Source: Patescibacteria group bacterium (GTDB lineage: Bacteria > Patescibacteriota > Minisyncoccia > Phycocordibacterales > JACOZG01). From it: a DNA stretch of 64,000 nt. Location of the stretch: contig JBBTQW010000002.1 of assembly GCA_038065495.1 (NCBI GenBank), positions 261,373 to 325,372 on the forward strand. Direction: 5' to 3'. Of this stretch, positions 19,772 through 28,658 are shown in pieces (position 1 is the stretch's first letter; every line of letters starts with the position of its first letter). The position numbers and the translations under genes were made by a program. Under the pieces are notes generated by a model. It worked only from the letters and a program-made list of their open reading frames with translations. It did no database searches and was not told where the DNA came from.

Positions 19772-20627
19772 TGACCAATACTTTATCAGCGATTTCCTTC
19801 ATCGTCAAAATTTCTATCTTGCCTTGATCTCGTAAGTTCCGCGCGCGCTCGAGAAGGGCTTCCAAAATTTTGAACTGATTTTCGACATCATAAGAGAAAT
19901 TACTGGGATGAAACCAAAGGTGAAAAACCTCCCTGCGAGCAACAGCTCGATCCAAACCAGCATTCATCTTAGCAATCATTAAGCCTGGTGAGACAAGTCT
20001 TCTTAAGCCATCTCGTCCAAGTAACAAAAGACTATCGGGGATATTCACCAGACCATTATCGGCGATATGTGGCCGAACAGTATAGACACTAGGCAAAAAA
20101 TAATCTAACCAACGACAAAATCTTTTCACCAACCTCAAGGGAACGGCGTCAAACCACTTGCGAGAATTCCCGCGATAGCACACCAAGCCGCTAGAACGCA
20201 ATGAACCGAGCCACCTGACCTGATTGCGCGGAAAAACAAAGGAATGGAAAGGTAGTCCATGCTTATCGTGCACGCGTTTGGCATTTTGTAAATCTAACTC
20301 AACTATTCTTTGATCTACTTCGTTATAAATAATGTGCCCATAAGAATGACTGCCAATCTCCTGTGAGACTTTAGAATTATTAATCAGTTCTATTGTTCTC
20401 CTAGAATCAAACCAGAGATCGAGATGACCCTCTTCCGCAACAGGCTCCAGCAACCGCCCAACAATAGCCCAGGTTGCCGATACTTGGTACTGTTCGAATA
20501 ATTTCACTAACCGCTCAACAATCAAATATTCCTGTTTAATGAGTGACCGTTGTTTGCTATCAATTTTTCGGTCCACATAACCCCAGGCCAACTCATGGTC
20601 AATGCTGATAGTAAAAATACCCTTCAT
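19761..20627 (-). CDS. Polysaccharide deacetylase (CE4-like)
   Basis: TISIDHELAWG, EIGSHSYGH, FVFPRN, HLWFHP. Confidence 0.88.
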   Translation of the reverse strand: MKGIFTISIDHELAWGYVDRKIDSKQRSLIKQEYLIVERLVKLFEQYQVSATWAIVGRLLEPVAEEGHLDLWFDSRRTIELINNSKVSQEIGSHSYGHIIYNEVDQRIVELDLQNAKRVHDKHGLPFHSFVFPRNQVRWLGSLRSSGLVCYRGNSRKWFDAVPLRLVKRFCRWLDYFLPSVYTVRPHIADNGLVNIPDSLLLLGRDGLRRLVSPGLMIAKMNAGLDRAVARREVFHLWFHPSNFSYDVENQFKILEALLERARNLRDQGKIEILTMKEIADKVLVNVH

Positions 20628-22324
20628 ACTTCCAACATTTTCTTGAGTTCTTGCTCGGGAATTTCGCTTGGTTTACTGACTGGCGCGGAGTTTTGATTAG
20701 GTTGAGAAACAGGATTAGGAGCAATGGGAGTAGTATTAGATTTAGGCAAAGCTGACTGGACTTCTTGCTGGACCGAGGCAATCACTTGCTTGAGATCAGC
20801 GCTGTGGCGACCGGTGCTCTTCTCGCGATCAGTTGACTTCTCAGCCAAAGACTTGAGGGAAACTACTTTCTCTGGCTCTCTGGCTGTTTCGCGCACTGGT
20901 CTAACCACCTTTTCTGGCGACACACTTTGCGTTTGAGGCCTTCTCTCTAGCGCTGACTCGCGGCGCGGCTCACGCTTCGGTTCTCGCGCTTCTGGCGAGC
21001 CTTTCTCACCAGCGGTGGCCGGCTTAACCGCCATCCACTCGCCAATCTCCTGCTCGACCACCGAGCGCGGCTTGGCATAAGCTTGACGCGAGTTTTGGAT
21101 AATCTCTTCCCGAAACGAGTGCGTAAGTGGTTTGATCGGCGGCAGAGTAACGGCCGAGAACGGTTGCGAACCAACGCCGTTGATCATCATGGTGAGATAA
21201 ACCTGGGCAAAGCCAAGATTCACCATGTCTTCTTGCGTAAATGTCGGCGCAAAAATCTTCTCAAACACTTCGGCGTCAAACGGACCAACTCGGAACGACA
21301 CAATCGTACCAACGTTGCCGAAGACCGCCGCACGCACCTCCTCACTCATCTGCTCAATGTACTGATGCGCGATGGTAAGCGAAAGTTTGTATTTCCGCGC
21401 TTCGGAGAGAATATTCGCAAAAGACTCATTAGCGAAAGATTGGAATTCGTCCACAAACAAATAAAATGGTGGCACTAGCCTCATCTGCGCGGAGTTAAGA
21501 TTAGCGCGGCTCATGGCGGCGAGATAAATTTTCGTGATAATCATCGAGCCGAGAAGATTAGCATTACCTTCACCGATCTGACCTTTCGACAAGTTAATAA
21601 TTAAAATTTTCTTCTCGTCCATCACTTTGCGAAAGTCAAAAGAAGACTTGGGCTGGCCAATGATGTTTCTAATCAACGGATTAGAGGTAAACTGACCGAT
21701 TTTGTTCTGGATCGCCGGCGTCGCCTCGGCGGCAAAACGCTCGGTATAATTCGCAAACTCTTGCGTCCAGTAAGCCTTGACCGAAGCATCCGTGACATTG
21801 GCCACCACCTTGTTCCGATAAGCTTTTTCCGTCAGCATGCGGTTAACGCCGAGCAAAGTTGAGTCCGGATACTCGAGTAGTGCTAATAAAGTATTCTGGA
21901 GAATGTACTGCATCCGATCAGAGAAGCTCTCCTCGCCGAAAAGTTTTTTGAAAGCGCTCATCAAACCGTTAACGACTAAATGTCTCTGTTCCGGCCCCAC
22001 GTCTTCCATCACGTTAAACGAGATTGGATTCTCGAGATCAAATGGTGCAAAGTAGACCACGTCTTTGATCCGATTCTCTGGCACATATTCCAGAAGCTTT
22101 TCTGCCATACTGCCGTGCGGATCAATCACCGCCACGCCATGGCCATCGGCGATATCTTGCACCACCATGTTCTCGAGCATGGTACTCTTGCCCATGCCCG
22201 TCTTGCCGATCACATACACGTGCCGCGCGCGATCCTCAAACTTGATGCCAAAGCGCGTGCGCTTGCCCCGGAAGTCCGTCTCGGCAAAGTAAGTTTTATC
22301 TTTGATAATTTCGCTTTCAGCCAT
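20624..22324 (-). CDS. VirD4/TraD/HerA-like (FtsK-HerA) ATPase with low-complexity C-terminal tail
   Basis: Walker A GKTGMGKS, IDPHG, Walker B 'LFVDEFQSF', 'EARKY', 'AHQY', 'GNVGT'. Confidence 0.88.
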   Translation of the reverse strand: MAESEIIKDKTYFAETDFRGKRTRFGIKFEDRARHVYVIGKTGMGKSTMLENMVVQDIADGHGVAVIDPHGSMAEKLLEYVPENRIKDVVYFAPFDLENPISFNVMEDVGPEQRHLVVNGLMSAFKKLFGEESFSDRMQYILQNTLLALLEYPDSTLLGVNRMLTEKAYRNKVVANVTDASVKAYWTQEFANYTERFAAEATPAIQNKIGQFTSNPLIRNIIGQPKSSFDFRKVMDEKKILIINLSKGQIGEGNANLLGSMIITKIYLAAMSRANLNSAQMRLVPPFYLFVDEFQSFANESFANILSEARKYKLSLTIAHQYIEQMSEEVRAAVFGNVGTIVSFRVGPFDAEVFEKIFAPTFTQEDMVNLGFAQVYLTMMINGVGSQPFSAVTLPPIKPLTHSFREEIIQNSRQAYAKPRSVVEQEIGEWMAVKPATAGEKGSPEAREPKREPRRESALERRPQTQSVSPEKVVRPVRETAREPEKVVSLKSLAEKSTDREKSTGRHSADLKQVIASVQQEVQSALPKSNTTPIAPNPVSQPNQNSAPVSKPSEIPEQELKKMLEV

Positions 22325-22341
22325 CTCTATTTAGTATAACT

Positions 22342-22375
22342 AAAAACTCCCCAGTTTGCACCGAGGAGTTTTTTT
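22342..22375 (-). terminator. Intrinsic terminator
   Basis: Minus-strand stem ctcctcggt-GCAA-actggggag followed by TTTTT, just after the stop of the 922-aa gene. Confidence 0.75.
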
Positions 22376-22387
22376 GTCGCAGAAAGT

Positions 22388-25156
22388 TTAGTAGCTAAAC
22401 AAATTCGGAAACATGCCGTAGAGCCAACTGCCCAGACTATCACTAGCGCTGGCAGTTTGATTGCCGCCAGAGAGATAAGCGTGATTGCTCGCGACGATGT
22501 TGAATGGAACACTTACAGCAGAGTTGTACTCTGGGTTAGTCGATGAAACCACGACAATGACATAGCTACCGGGCGTCACAGGATTGGCCGTCAGATTTTG
22601 CCCAACTGTCCAGCGAAGTTTTTTCTCGTTTACAACAGCGATTTGTCGCAAATTAACTCGATTGGCACCATCAGACGGAGTGGCAATATAGACCGTATAG
22701 CTGTAGTTCCCCGACCGACTATCCTGCCACTCAATATTTCGTTGTTCGCCCAATCTCCAAGAATCACCGGCGCGTGGTCGATCAATAGAAATGGTGGAAA
22801 CCGGCACTGGAGCTGGGACTGGCGCAGGAGCCGGTGGTGTCGGCGTCGGAGTTACGACGGGTGGAACAGTTGGAGCAGGAACGGTAGGAATAGGCGGAGT
22901 TGGATTGACTACCGGCGGTGTTGTTGTAATTACACCGGCGGTTAAGCTCACGCTACCGAGACTGAAAGCCTGGACGGAAGACCGACCAGCCGCGCTAACT
23001 GGAGCCAGACTATCAATGACCTGGACCCAGTAATTGCCCGGCGCGAGCGTCTTGACGACGCCGTTGACGGTCACTCGACCAACAGTCCAGTTGAGGCTTT
23101 TTTCGCCAGTGTCATTGATCAAGCCGTACCAAGAACCACTCTGGGTGGAAGCATAAACTTTGTACCGACCAGGAGAATAGCTCTGGCCAAGATGTGACCA
23201 GTTGATCTCGCGCACGCTACCAATCGGCCAGACTTCGCCACCACGAGGGAGATTGACGGAGAGGATTGGAAGAACGGGAATTGGAACATTGTTAAGAGAG
23301 AAAGTGACACCGTTTGCTGTCACGTTGCTGGCATTGGAAATATCAAGATTATTGAAGTTTGAATCAATCCCCACAATACGAGAAGCTAAGAGAGTCGGAG
23401 AGAGCGAAACATTGTCGGCACCAGCGACAATATCAGCCTTGAATGTGATGTCTCTTCCGGGTTCAAGAAAAATTTTCAAATTCGTGAAGTCAGCGACTAT
23501 CGCGCCAGAAACTGGATCACAAGGACAACCAACCGACGAGGCACCATAAATATTAGTCCCATCAACTAAGCGAATATTGGTCAATTTTTTACCGGCAACC
23601 GTAGGATCAAGAGCAAGACCTAAGCCAGTAACTGTAGACGCACCATTATTTGACAGTAGGCGAAACACCCCCAAAACTACATTTTCAGTCACAGTAGTAG
23701 CTGAAGTTGTAACCGTTCTCGCGGCTGGAGAACTTGGACTGATTGCAGTGTAGATTTGCGCTCCGGTCACTCCTTTCATCTCAAACCCGACCATATTGCT
23801 CGCTCCAGTTGTAGGAGAAACCACTTGGACAGAATAGAACCCAGCAGGGTAAGGCCGACCGGAAACGGGTTCGATCATTGAGTGATAAATAGTCGTACCA
23901 TCTCCACCGACTACTGGATTTTCATTAGTCTGACTAACGAGAGCACCAGTTTGTCTGTTGTAGACCTTAATTGTATTCCCTGACGCGGGAAAACGCGTGC
24001 CGATAATTTGTAGGTAGCACTTTTCAGCTGGTGGGAGACAGCCCAAAACCGCAGCCGAAGTGATGTAAGGCGCGCGCTCACCGAAAACAGCGAGGGAATT
24101 ACTAATTGCTGGAGAATTGGTGAGAGTAATCCACTGACACCAACCATTAGAGGGGCAGAAAGCCATTGACCAAAGTACACTAGAGTAACTGCCACCAAAC
24201 ATTACTTGTGGATTGAAGTTCGCAACAATGCGAAAAGTCTGAGTAGTGCCGGCTGGGATACTTAGACCCTGGCTAATATCCGGCGTGGTCGTACCCGATC
24301 GCGGCCAGCTACTGCAGAAATGGTAATCTGGCAAACCCGGTACAGTGCAATTATTACTTTCTACATAAGGATACACCTGTATAATAAAACCTGGAGGCAA
24401 CACCACACCTTCTGCGCCAGCCGTGATATCCACATTGTAAGTGGCTGTTAGCGCTGATTCTTGCTGATTGCTATCGTAAGTGAGCGCAAGTGTAGGATTA
24501 GGTTGAGCGGTAACGGTTGGCGCGCCTGTCACAGACACGGCCACGCTCACCTGCGCTTGATTGCCATTCACGTCGGAACTGTAGAAAGTGGCCGTGTAAG
24601 TGCCAGAGTGCGTATAAGTGTGCTGGAAGCTTACGCCCCACTGATTAACTTGGCCGGAAGTCTGGGTGCCATCGCCCCATTCCACCGAGGCGCTGGTGAC
24701 CGTATTGATATTGGTCCACGAGTACCAGAAATTATTTTGATTAGTAAAAACGAGCGATGGGCCGGAAATTTGCGTAATCTCGAGCACTGGAGTAGCCGGT
24801 GCCACGCCAGAGCTATTGGCTTTGCCACTGATCACCGTGCCGGCTTTGTTGGTGGTTTTTTTACTGCCGGCTTTGATCGTTAACTTGTTGGGATTGGTTG
24901 GCGCCTTAGTTGGATCAACTTTGGCTGGGCCTTTGGCTTTGTCCCGAGCGGCTGTGAGCTGGGCAACAAGCGGATTAGGCACAGCTGGCTTAGCGGCCGA
25001 GACCGCTGCCACTTGTGTGGCGGCCGGCGTAGCCGGCCACAGCCAGCTAATTAAATTCTGGAAAAAAGACGGTCTAGTTTCCGTCGTCTGGGCGTAAACC
25101 GTGCCAGTTACAACCAGAGTAACGAGCACTAGAACCAAAAGTAGTTTCTTGATCAT
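22388..25156 (-). CDS. Large secreted surface protein with PKD-like and Ig-like domains and a Pro/Thr linker
   Basis: Signal peptide, 'VEWGDG...HTYTHSGTY' PKD motif, 'P.GGE.W..G....I.W' Ig-like modules, PTP/PAP linker. Confidence 0.85.
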   Translation of the reverse strand: MIKKLLLVLVLVTLVVTGTVYAQTTETRPSFFQNLISWLWPATPAATQVAAVSAAKPAVPNPLVAQLTAARDKAKGPAKVDPTKAPTNPNKLTIKAGSKKTTNKAGTVISGKANSSGVAPATPVLEITQISGPSLVFTNQNNFWYSWTNINTVTSASVEWGDGTQTSGQVNQWGVSFQHTYTHSGTYTATFYSSDVNGNQAQVSVAVSVTGAPTVTAQPNPTLALTYDSNQQESALTATYNVDITAGAEGVVLPPGFIIQVYPYVESNNCTVPGLPDYHFCSSWPRSGTTTPDISQGLSIPAGTTQTFRIVANFNPQVMFGGSYSSVLWSMAFCPSNGWCQWITLTNSPAISNSLAVFGERAPYITSAAVLGCLPPAEKCYLQIIGTRFPASGNTIKVYNRQTGALVSQTNENPVVGGDGTTIYHSMIEPVSGRPYPAGFYSVQVVSPTTGASNMVGFEMKGVTGAQIYTAISPSSPAARTVTTSATTVTENVVLGVFRLLSNNGASTVTGLGLALDPTVAGKKLTNIRLVDGTNIYGASSVGCPCDPVSGAIVADFTNLKIFLEPGRDITFKADIVAGADNVSLSPTLLASRIVGIDSNFNNLDISNASNVTANGVTFSLNNVPIPVLPILSVNLPRGGEVWPIGSVREINWSHLGQSYSPGRYKVYASTQSGSWYGLINDTGEKSLNWTVGRVTVNGVVKTLAPGNYWVQVIDSLAPVSAAGRSSVQAFSLGSVSLTAGVITTTPPVVNPTPPIPTVPAPTVPPVVTPTPTPPAPAPVPAPVPVSTISIDRPRAGDSWRLGEQRNIEWQDSRSGNYSYTVYIATPSDGANRVNLRQIAVVNEKKLRWTVGQNLTANPVTPGSYVIVVVSSTNPEYNSAVSVPFNIVASNHAYLSGGNQTASASDSLGSWLYGMFPNLFSY

Positions 25157-25230
25157 GATAATTTAGAAATTAAAAATATTAATACTCAATTATTATCACC
25201 CAGAAAGCTTAATTATGCTATTTTATAGTA

Positions 25231-26022
25231 ATGAAACTGGGGATAAAAATTCTAAGCGCGATTTTGGCGCTATATATTTTCGTCTTTTTTGCCGTCAAAT
25301 TTGGTTGGACAAATGTAAGAGGCGTAGTAGACAAGCAACTAGCGCAAGTAAGCGCGCTTGAGCTCGTCACGCCAGCTTGGGCAGAGAGCGAAGAATGGCA
25401 AACTTTAAAATTAGCGATTCTAAAAGACAAAGCTGTCTTAGAAAAAGTCGCGAGCGAGACTGACTTGCCAGCCAGACTAATTGTTGCCGCGATTGTGCCA
25501 GAGCAATTGCGCTTATTCCACGACGAACGCGAGATTTTCAAACAAGTTTTCTTACCACTCAAGATTCTGGGCAATCAGACGCAGTTTTCTTGGGGCGTGG
25601 CGGGATTGAAGCCGGAAACGGCAGAAAAAATTGAGCAGAATTTATTAGATCAGACTTCGGTTTTTTACCCGGGTGCTAAATATCGTGATTTATTGAACTT
25701 GCAAACCACAGACACTGACCAAAATAGTGCTAGATTTGCGAGAATTACGGACGAGCAAGATCGCTATTTTTCTTATCTCTACACGGCGCTTTATTTGCGC
25801 CAAGTGATGAGCCAGTGGGAAAAAGCCGGCTTTGATATTTCCCAGAAACCAGAAATCCTCGCTACTTTATTTAATATCGGCTTCCAGAATTCTGTGCCAA
25901 AGGCTAACCCTCAGGCTGGTGGTAGTGAGATCGAAATTGCTGGCCAGAAGTACAGCTTTGGCAGATTAGCTTACGAGTTTTATTATTCTAGAGAATTAGA
26001 AACAGAATTTGTGAGAAACTAA
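25231..26022 (+). CDS. Membrane-anchored protein with possible lysozyme-like fold
   Basis: N-terminal TM; 'LIVAAIVPEQ...SWGVAGLK...LATLFNIG' resembles the lysozyme-like E/G/YN pattern. Confidence 0.55.
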   Translation: MKLGIKILSAILALYIFVFFAVKFGWTNVRGVVDKQLAQVSALELVTPAWAESEEWQTLKLAILKDKAVLEKVASETDLPARLIVAAIVPEQLRLFHDEREIFKQVFLPLKILGNQTQFSWGVAGLKPETAEKIEQNLLDQTSVFYPGAKYRDLLNLQTTDTDQNSARFARITDEQDRYFSYLYTALYLRQVMSQWEKAGFDISQKPEILATLFNIGFQNSVPKANPQAGGSEIEIAGQKYSFGRLAYEFYYSRELETEFVRN

Positions 26023-26033
26023 AATTTTATAGA

Positions 26034-27194
26034 TTATAGATTCAAGAACGCCTGCCACACATTTGCTAGCCAGTTAAATTGAGAAAAACCAGAAGTACTC
26101 CGCACCAGCTCCACACTGCCAGCGCTCAAGACTTTCAGCGAACTCACGCCAGTATCTTTCACCACGGCAATCCAATAATTACCGGGTGAGAGGGTTCTGG
26201 GCACGCCATTTACCGTCACTCTCCCCACTTGCCAGTTTAAGCTTGGTTCGCCCGTCTGGTTGATCAAACCATAATAAGAGCCGTCCCAGGTAGAAGCGTA
26301 AATTTTATAGAGCCCTGGCGAATATTTATAATTAGTTTCGGACCAATTTATTTCTTTCGTCGCGCCAATCGTCCAGACTTCACCACCGCGCGGCAAGTTC
26401 ACGACTAAATCTGCACGAACCGGGTTAGCCGCGGGCGTGGAATTACTGCCAGTGACTGGTGGCACGGGATTAGTTGGTGGCGTTGGCGTGGGATTATTGG
26501 GAGCAATGTTCAAGTTAGCATTAATCGCCTGCGAGAGTTGCGCCCACGGTGCGCCCGGCAAATGGTAAGAATTGGCCGCCGTTTTGGCATTGTATTGACA
26601 ATAAGGCATGCCATTCTCATGACGATTGGGGACCGAGCCATCAATACAGCAACGCTTGTCATTAGCATACTTGGTGCCATCTAGACCTTTGGCCACTTTT
26701 CCAGTTTGACCCATAAATTTGCAAGCGGCGCCTTCCAAACCCTTAGGCTGGCAATATGGATAAGAGGGATATTCGGCAACCATCGCTCCCCGATCTTCGG
26801 TCGCATTGCAACACCAAACTTGTTTGCCGTCGGTAGTCGTACCAGCCAAGCTGGAGCCACCCGGGCAATTGGTGCTGGTGGGCTTGGGCGGCACGCACAC
26901 AGCCACATTGGCCACCGAACTATCAGAGACGCCACAAGAGTCCTGCTTGTAGCAACAAGTTGACTTAGTCCCAGCTGGGCAAAATTTGCCATTGCTCGGA
27001 GCCGCCTCGCACTTGGCTTTGATCGTCTGACAATAACCGACCCAGAAACCAGCTGGCTGCTCGTAGAGATTATTACAACAATAATCGCCACTTTTTGTAT
27101 AACCACTTGGACAATTAGCAGCTAGCGCCTGACTAGAAACTAAAAACAGAATAATTACTAAAACTGTGTAGAAATATTTTCTTAACTTGTTCAT
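26034..27194 (-). CDS. Secreted Cys-rich repeat protein with C-terminal Ig-like domain
   Basis: Signal peptide, 18 Cys in CP.G...CC...YCQ-like units, Pro-rich linker, Ig-like domain shared with 22388..25156. Confidence 0.85.
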   Translation of the reverse strand: MNKLRKYFYTVLVIILFLVSSQALAANCPSGYTKSGDYCCNNLYEQPAGFWVGYCQTIKAKCEAAPSNGKFCPAGTKSTCCYKQDSCGVSDSSVANVAVCVPPKPTSTNCPGGSSLAGTTTDGKQVWCCNATEDRGAMVAEYPSYPYCQPKGLEGAACKFMGQTGKVAKGLDGTKYANDKRCCIDGSVPNRHENGMPYCQYNAKTAANSYHLPGAPWAQLSQAINANLNIAPNNPTPTPPTNPVPPVTGSNSTPAANPVRADLVVNLPRGGEVWTIGATKEINWSETNYKYSPGLYKIYASTWDGSYYGLINQTGEPSLNWQVGRVTVNGVPRTLSPGNYWIAVVKDTGVSSLKVLSAGSVELVRSTSGFSQFNWLANVWQAFLNL

Positions 27195-27252
27195 GTTTAT
27201 TTAGTTTTTTATTTATTATCTCAATTAGTATAGCGCAAGACCGTTTTTTCCA

Positions 27253-27290
27253 AGCCCTTGACAAGTTCTGTGTATTTGCTATAATGGGGG
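27253..27290 (+). repeat. Dispersed promoter repeat, copy 1 (TTGACA-16-TATAAT, extended -10)
   Basis: 36/38 identical to the reverse complement of 63681..63718. Confidence 0.85.
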
Positions 27291-27307
27291 TAGAAAGGGG
27301 TGTAAAC

Positions 27308-27439
27308 ATGAAAATACGCCTAACTACAGCCCTAATTGCTCTTATCACCATCTTTGGTTTGGCGACGATCGGTCTTGGAACCTGGCAGGTCTACAAAGAA
27401 GTAAGCCACACTATCGGCTTCTCCGGGCCATGTCGCTAA
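27308..27439 (+). CDS. Small single-TM protein (43 aa, MKIRLTTALIALITIFGLATIGLGTWQVYKEVSHTIGFSGPCR)
   Basis: Below the ORF-track cutoff; consensus promoter, SD-like AAGGGGTG, downstream hairpin terminator. Confidence 0.7.
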   Translation: MKIRLTTALIALITIFGLATIGLGTWQVYKEVSHTIGFSGPCR

Positions 27440-27466
27440 GCAAGAACGAGATGATCAGTGAACCCA

Positions 27467-27493
27467 AAACCCCGAGCACGTTGCTCGGGGTTT
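27467..27493. terminator. Bidirectional intrinsic terminator between the small ORF and rplB
   Basis: Perfect inverted repeat aaaccccgagca-cgt-tgctcggggttt. Confidence 0.85.
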
Positions 27494-27526
27494 GTTAATT
27501 CTCGTGAAAAATTTAGTTTTACTGTT

Positions 27527-28366
27527 TTACTTTCTCCCTTTCTTCTGCCGGCGCGTAACACGGAAGACATCAGAATACTTTTTAACGCGGCGCGTTTTGC
27601 GACCACCAGTAATCTTGCCGTGAGCAGTCTTGGGCCGGCGCGTACCGCGACCTTGGCGGCCCTCACCACCACCGTATGGGTGGTCCACCGGATTCATCGC
27701 CGAGCCACGGACAGTGGGCCGGATACCCAACCAGCGTGAACGTCCAGCTTTGCCCAGGTTCATGAGCTTCTGCTCTTCGTTCGAGACCGCACCGATCGAG
27801 GCCCAAGCCGTTTCTCGCACTTGTCGCACTTCTGTTGATGGCAACTTGAGCGAAGTATAACCAGCGTCGTTGGAGAGAACCTGCGCAAAAGAGCCCGCCG
27901 AGCGCACCAGCTTGGCCCCGCCGCCGGGTTGCAACTCAATATTGTAGACGAAAGTGCCGACCGGGATCTTCTTGAGCGGCAAGCGATTGCCTGTCTTTAC
28001 TTCCGCTTCGGCAGAAATAGCAAATTTATCGCCCACGCGCATACTCGCTGGCAAGAGCACATAGCGCCGCTCACCATCGGCATACAGCGCAAGACCGATT
28101 AAGCCACTACGATTTGGGTCGTATTCTACACTCTCAATCTTGGCGGGAATGTTGATTTTGTTGTATTTAAAGTCAATCTCGCGGAAGAGTCGCTTGTGGC
28201 CACTGCCCTTGTGGCGCACGGTGATCCGGCCCACATTGTTACGACCCACCGCGCGCTTGCGACCGTAGGTGAGCGCCTTCGCCGGTTCATTGCGAGTAAT
28301 TGTGCCACGATAAGTCACTGTAGAGGCTTGGCGACGAGATGGCGTGTATGGATTATAAGCTTTCAT
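27527..28366 (-). CDS. rplB: 50S ribosomal protein L2
   Basis: GRNNVGRIT, EYDPNRS, RGSAMNPVDHPYGGGEG. Confidence 0.98.
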   Translation of the reverse strand: MKAYNPYTPSRRQASTVTYRGTITRNEPAKALTYGRKRAVGRNNVGRITVRHKGSGHKRLFREIDFKYNKINIPAKIESVEYDPNRSGLIGLALYADGERRYVLLPASMRVGDKFAISAEAEVKTGNRLPLKKIPVGTFVYNIELQPGGGAKLVRSAGSFAQVLSNDAGYTSLKLPSTEVRQVRETAWASIGAVSNEEQKLMNLGKAGRSRWLGIRPTVRGSAMNPVDHPYGGGEGRQGRGTRRPKTAHGKITGGRKTRRVKKYSDVFRVTRRQKKGRK

Positions 28367-28367
28367 G

Positions 28368-28652
28368 TTATTTTAGTTTTTCACCAGCCTTGAGATAAAT
28401 TACGGCTTTTTTCATACCTGGCCGTTGGCCAATTTTACCTCTCACCAACACTTTTTTGCCAGTCAAGTTCATGATATTAATCTTTCTGGGTGTCACATTA
28501 TAGAGTTGCTTGATTGCCGCGCGGATGAGTGGCTTGTTCGCATCACGAGCGACTTCGAAGTTATAGACACCCTGGAGTGCCGACTTTTCCGTCGCCAGTG
28601 GCCGGCGGAGGACGAGTGTTTCTTGACTAAGTTGTTTGCCGAGTTTGGACAT
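28368..28652 (-). CDS. rplW: 50S ribosomal protein L23
   Basis: P..TEKS, F.V...ANK, KKAVIYL; located between rplD and rplB. Confidence 0.95.
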   Translation of the reverse strand: MSKLGKQLSQETLVLRRPLATEKSALQGVYNFEVARDANKPLIRAAIKQLYNVTPRKINIMNLTGKKVLVRGKIGQRPGMKKAVIYLKAGEKLK

Positions 28653-28658
28653 GATTAT

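Noticed and set aside
20624-22324. VirD4-like gene as evidence of a conjugative element or ICE
   Set aside because: No relaxase, VirB4/VirB genes, integrase or att sites occur in the window.
1594-22324. Alternative genetic code (TGA=Gly, code 25)
   Set aside because: TGA ends many genes at expected lengths with ATGA overlaps, and conserved proteins are full-length under code 11.
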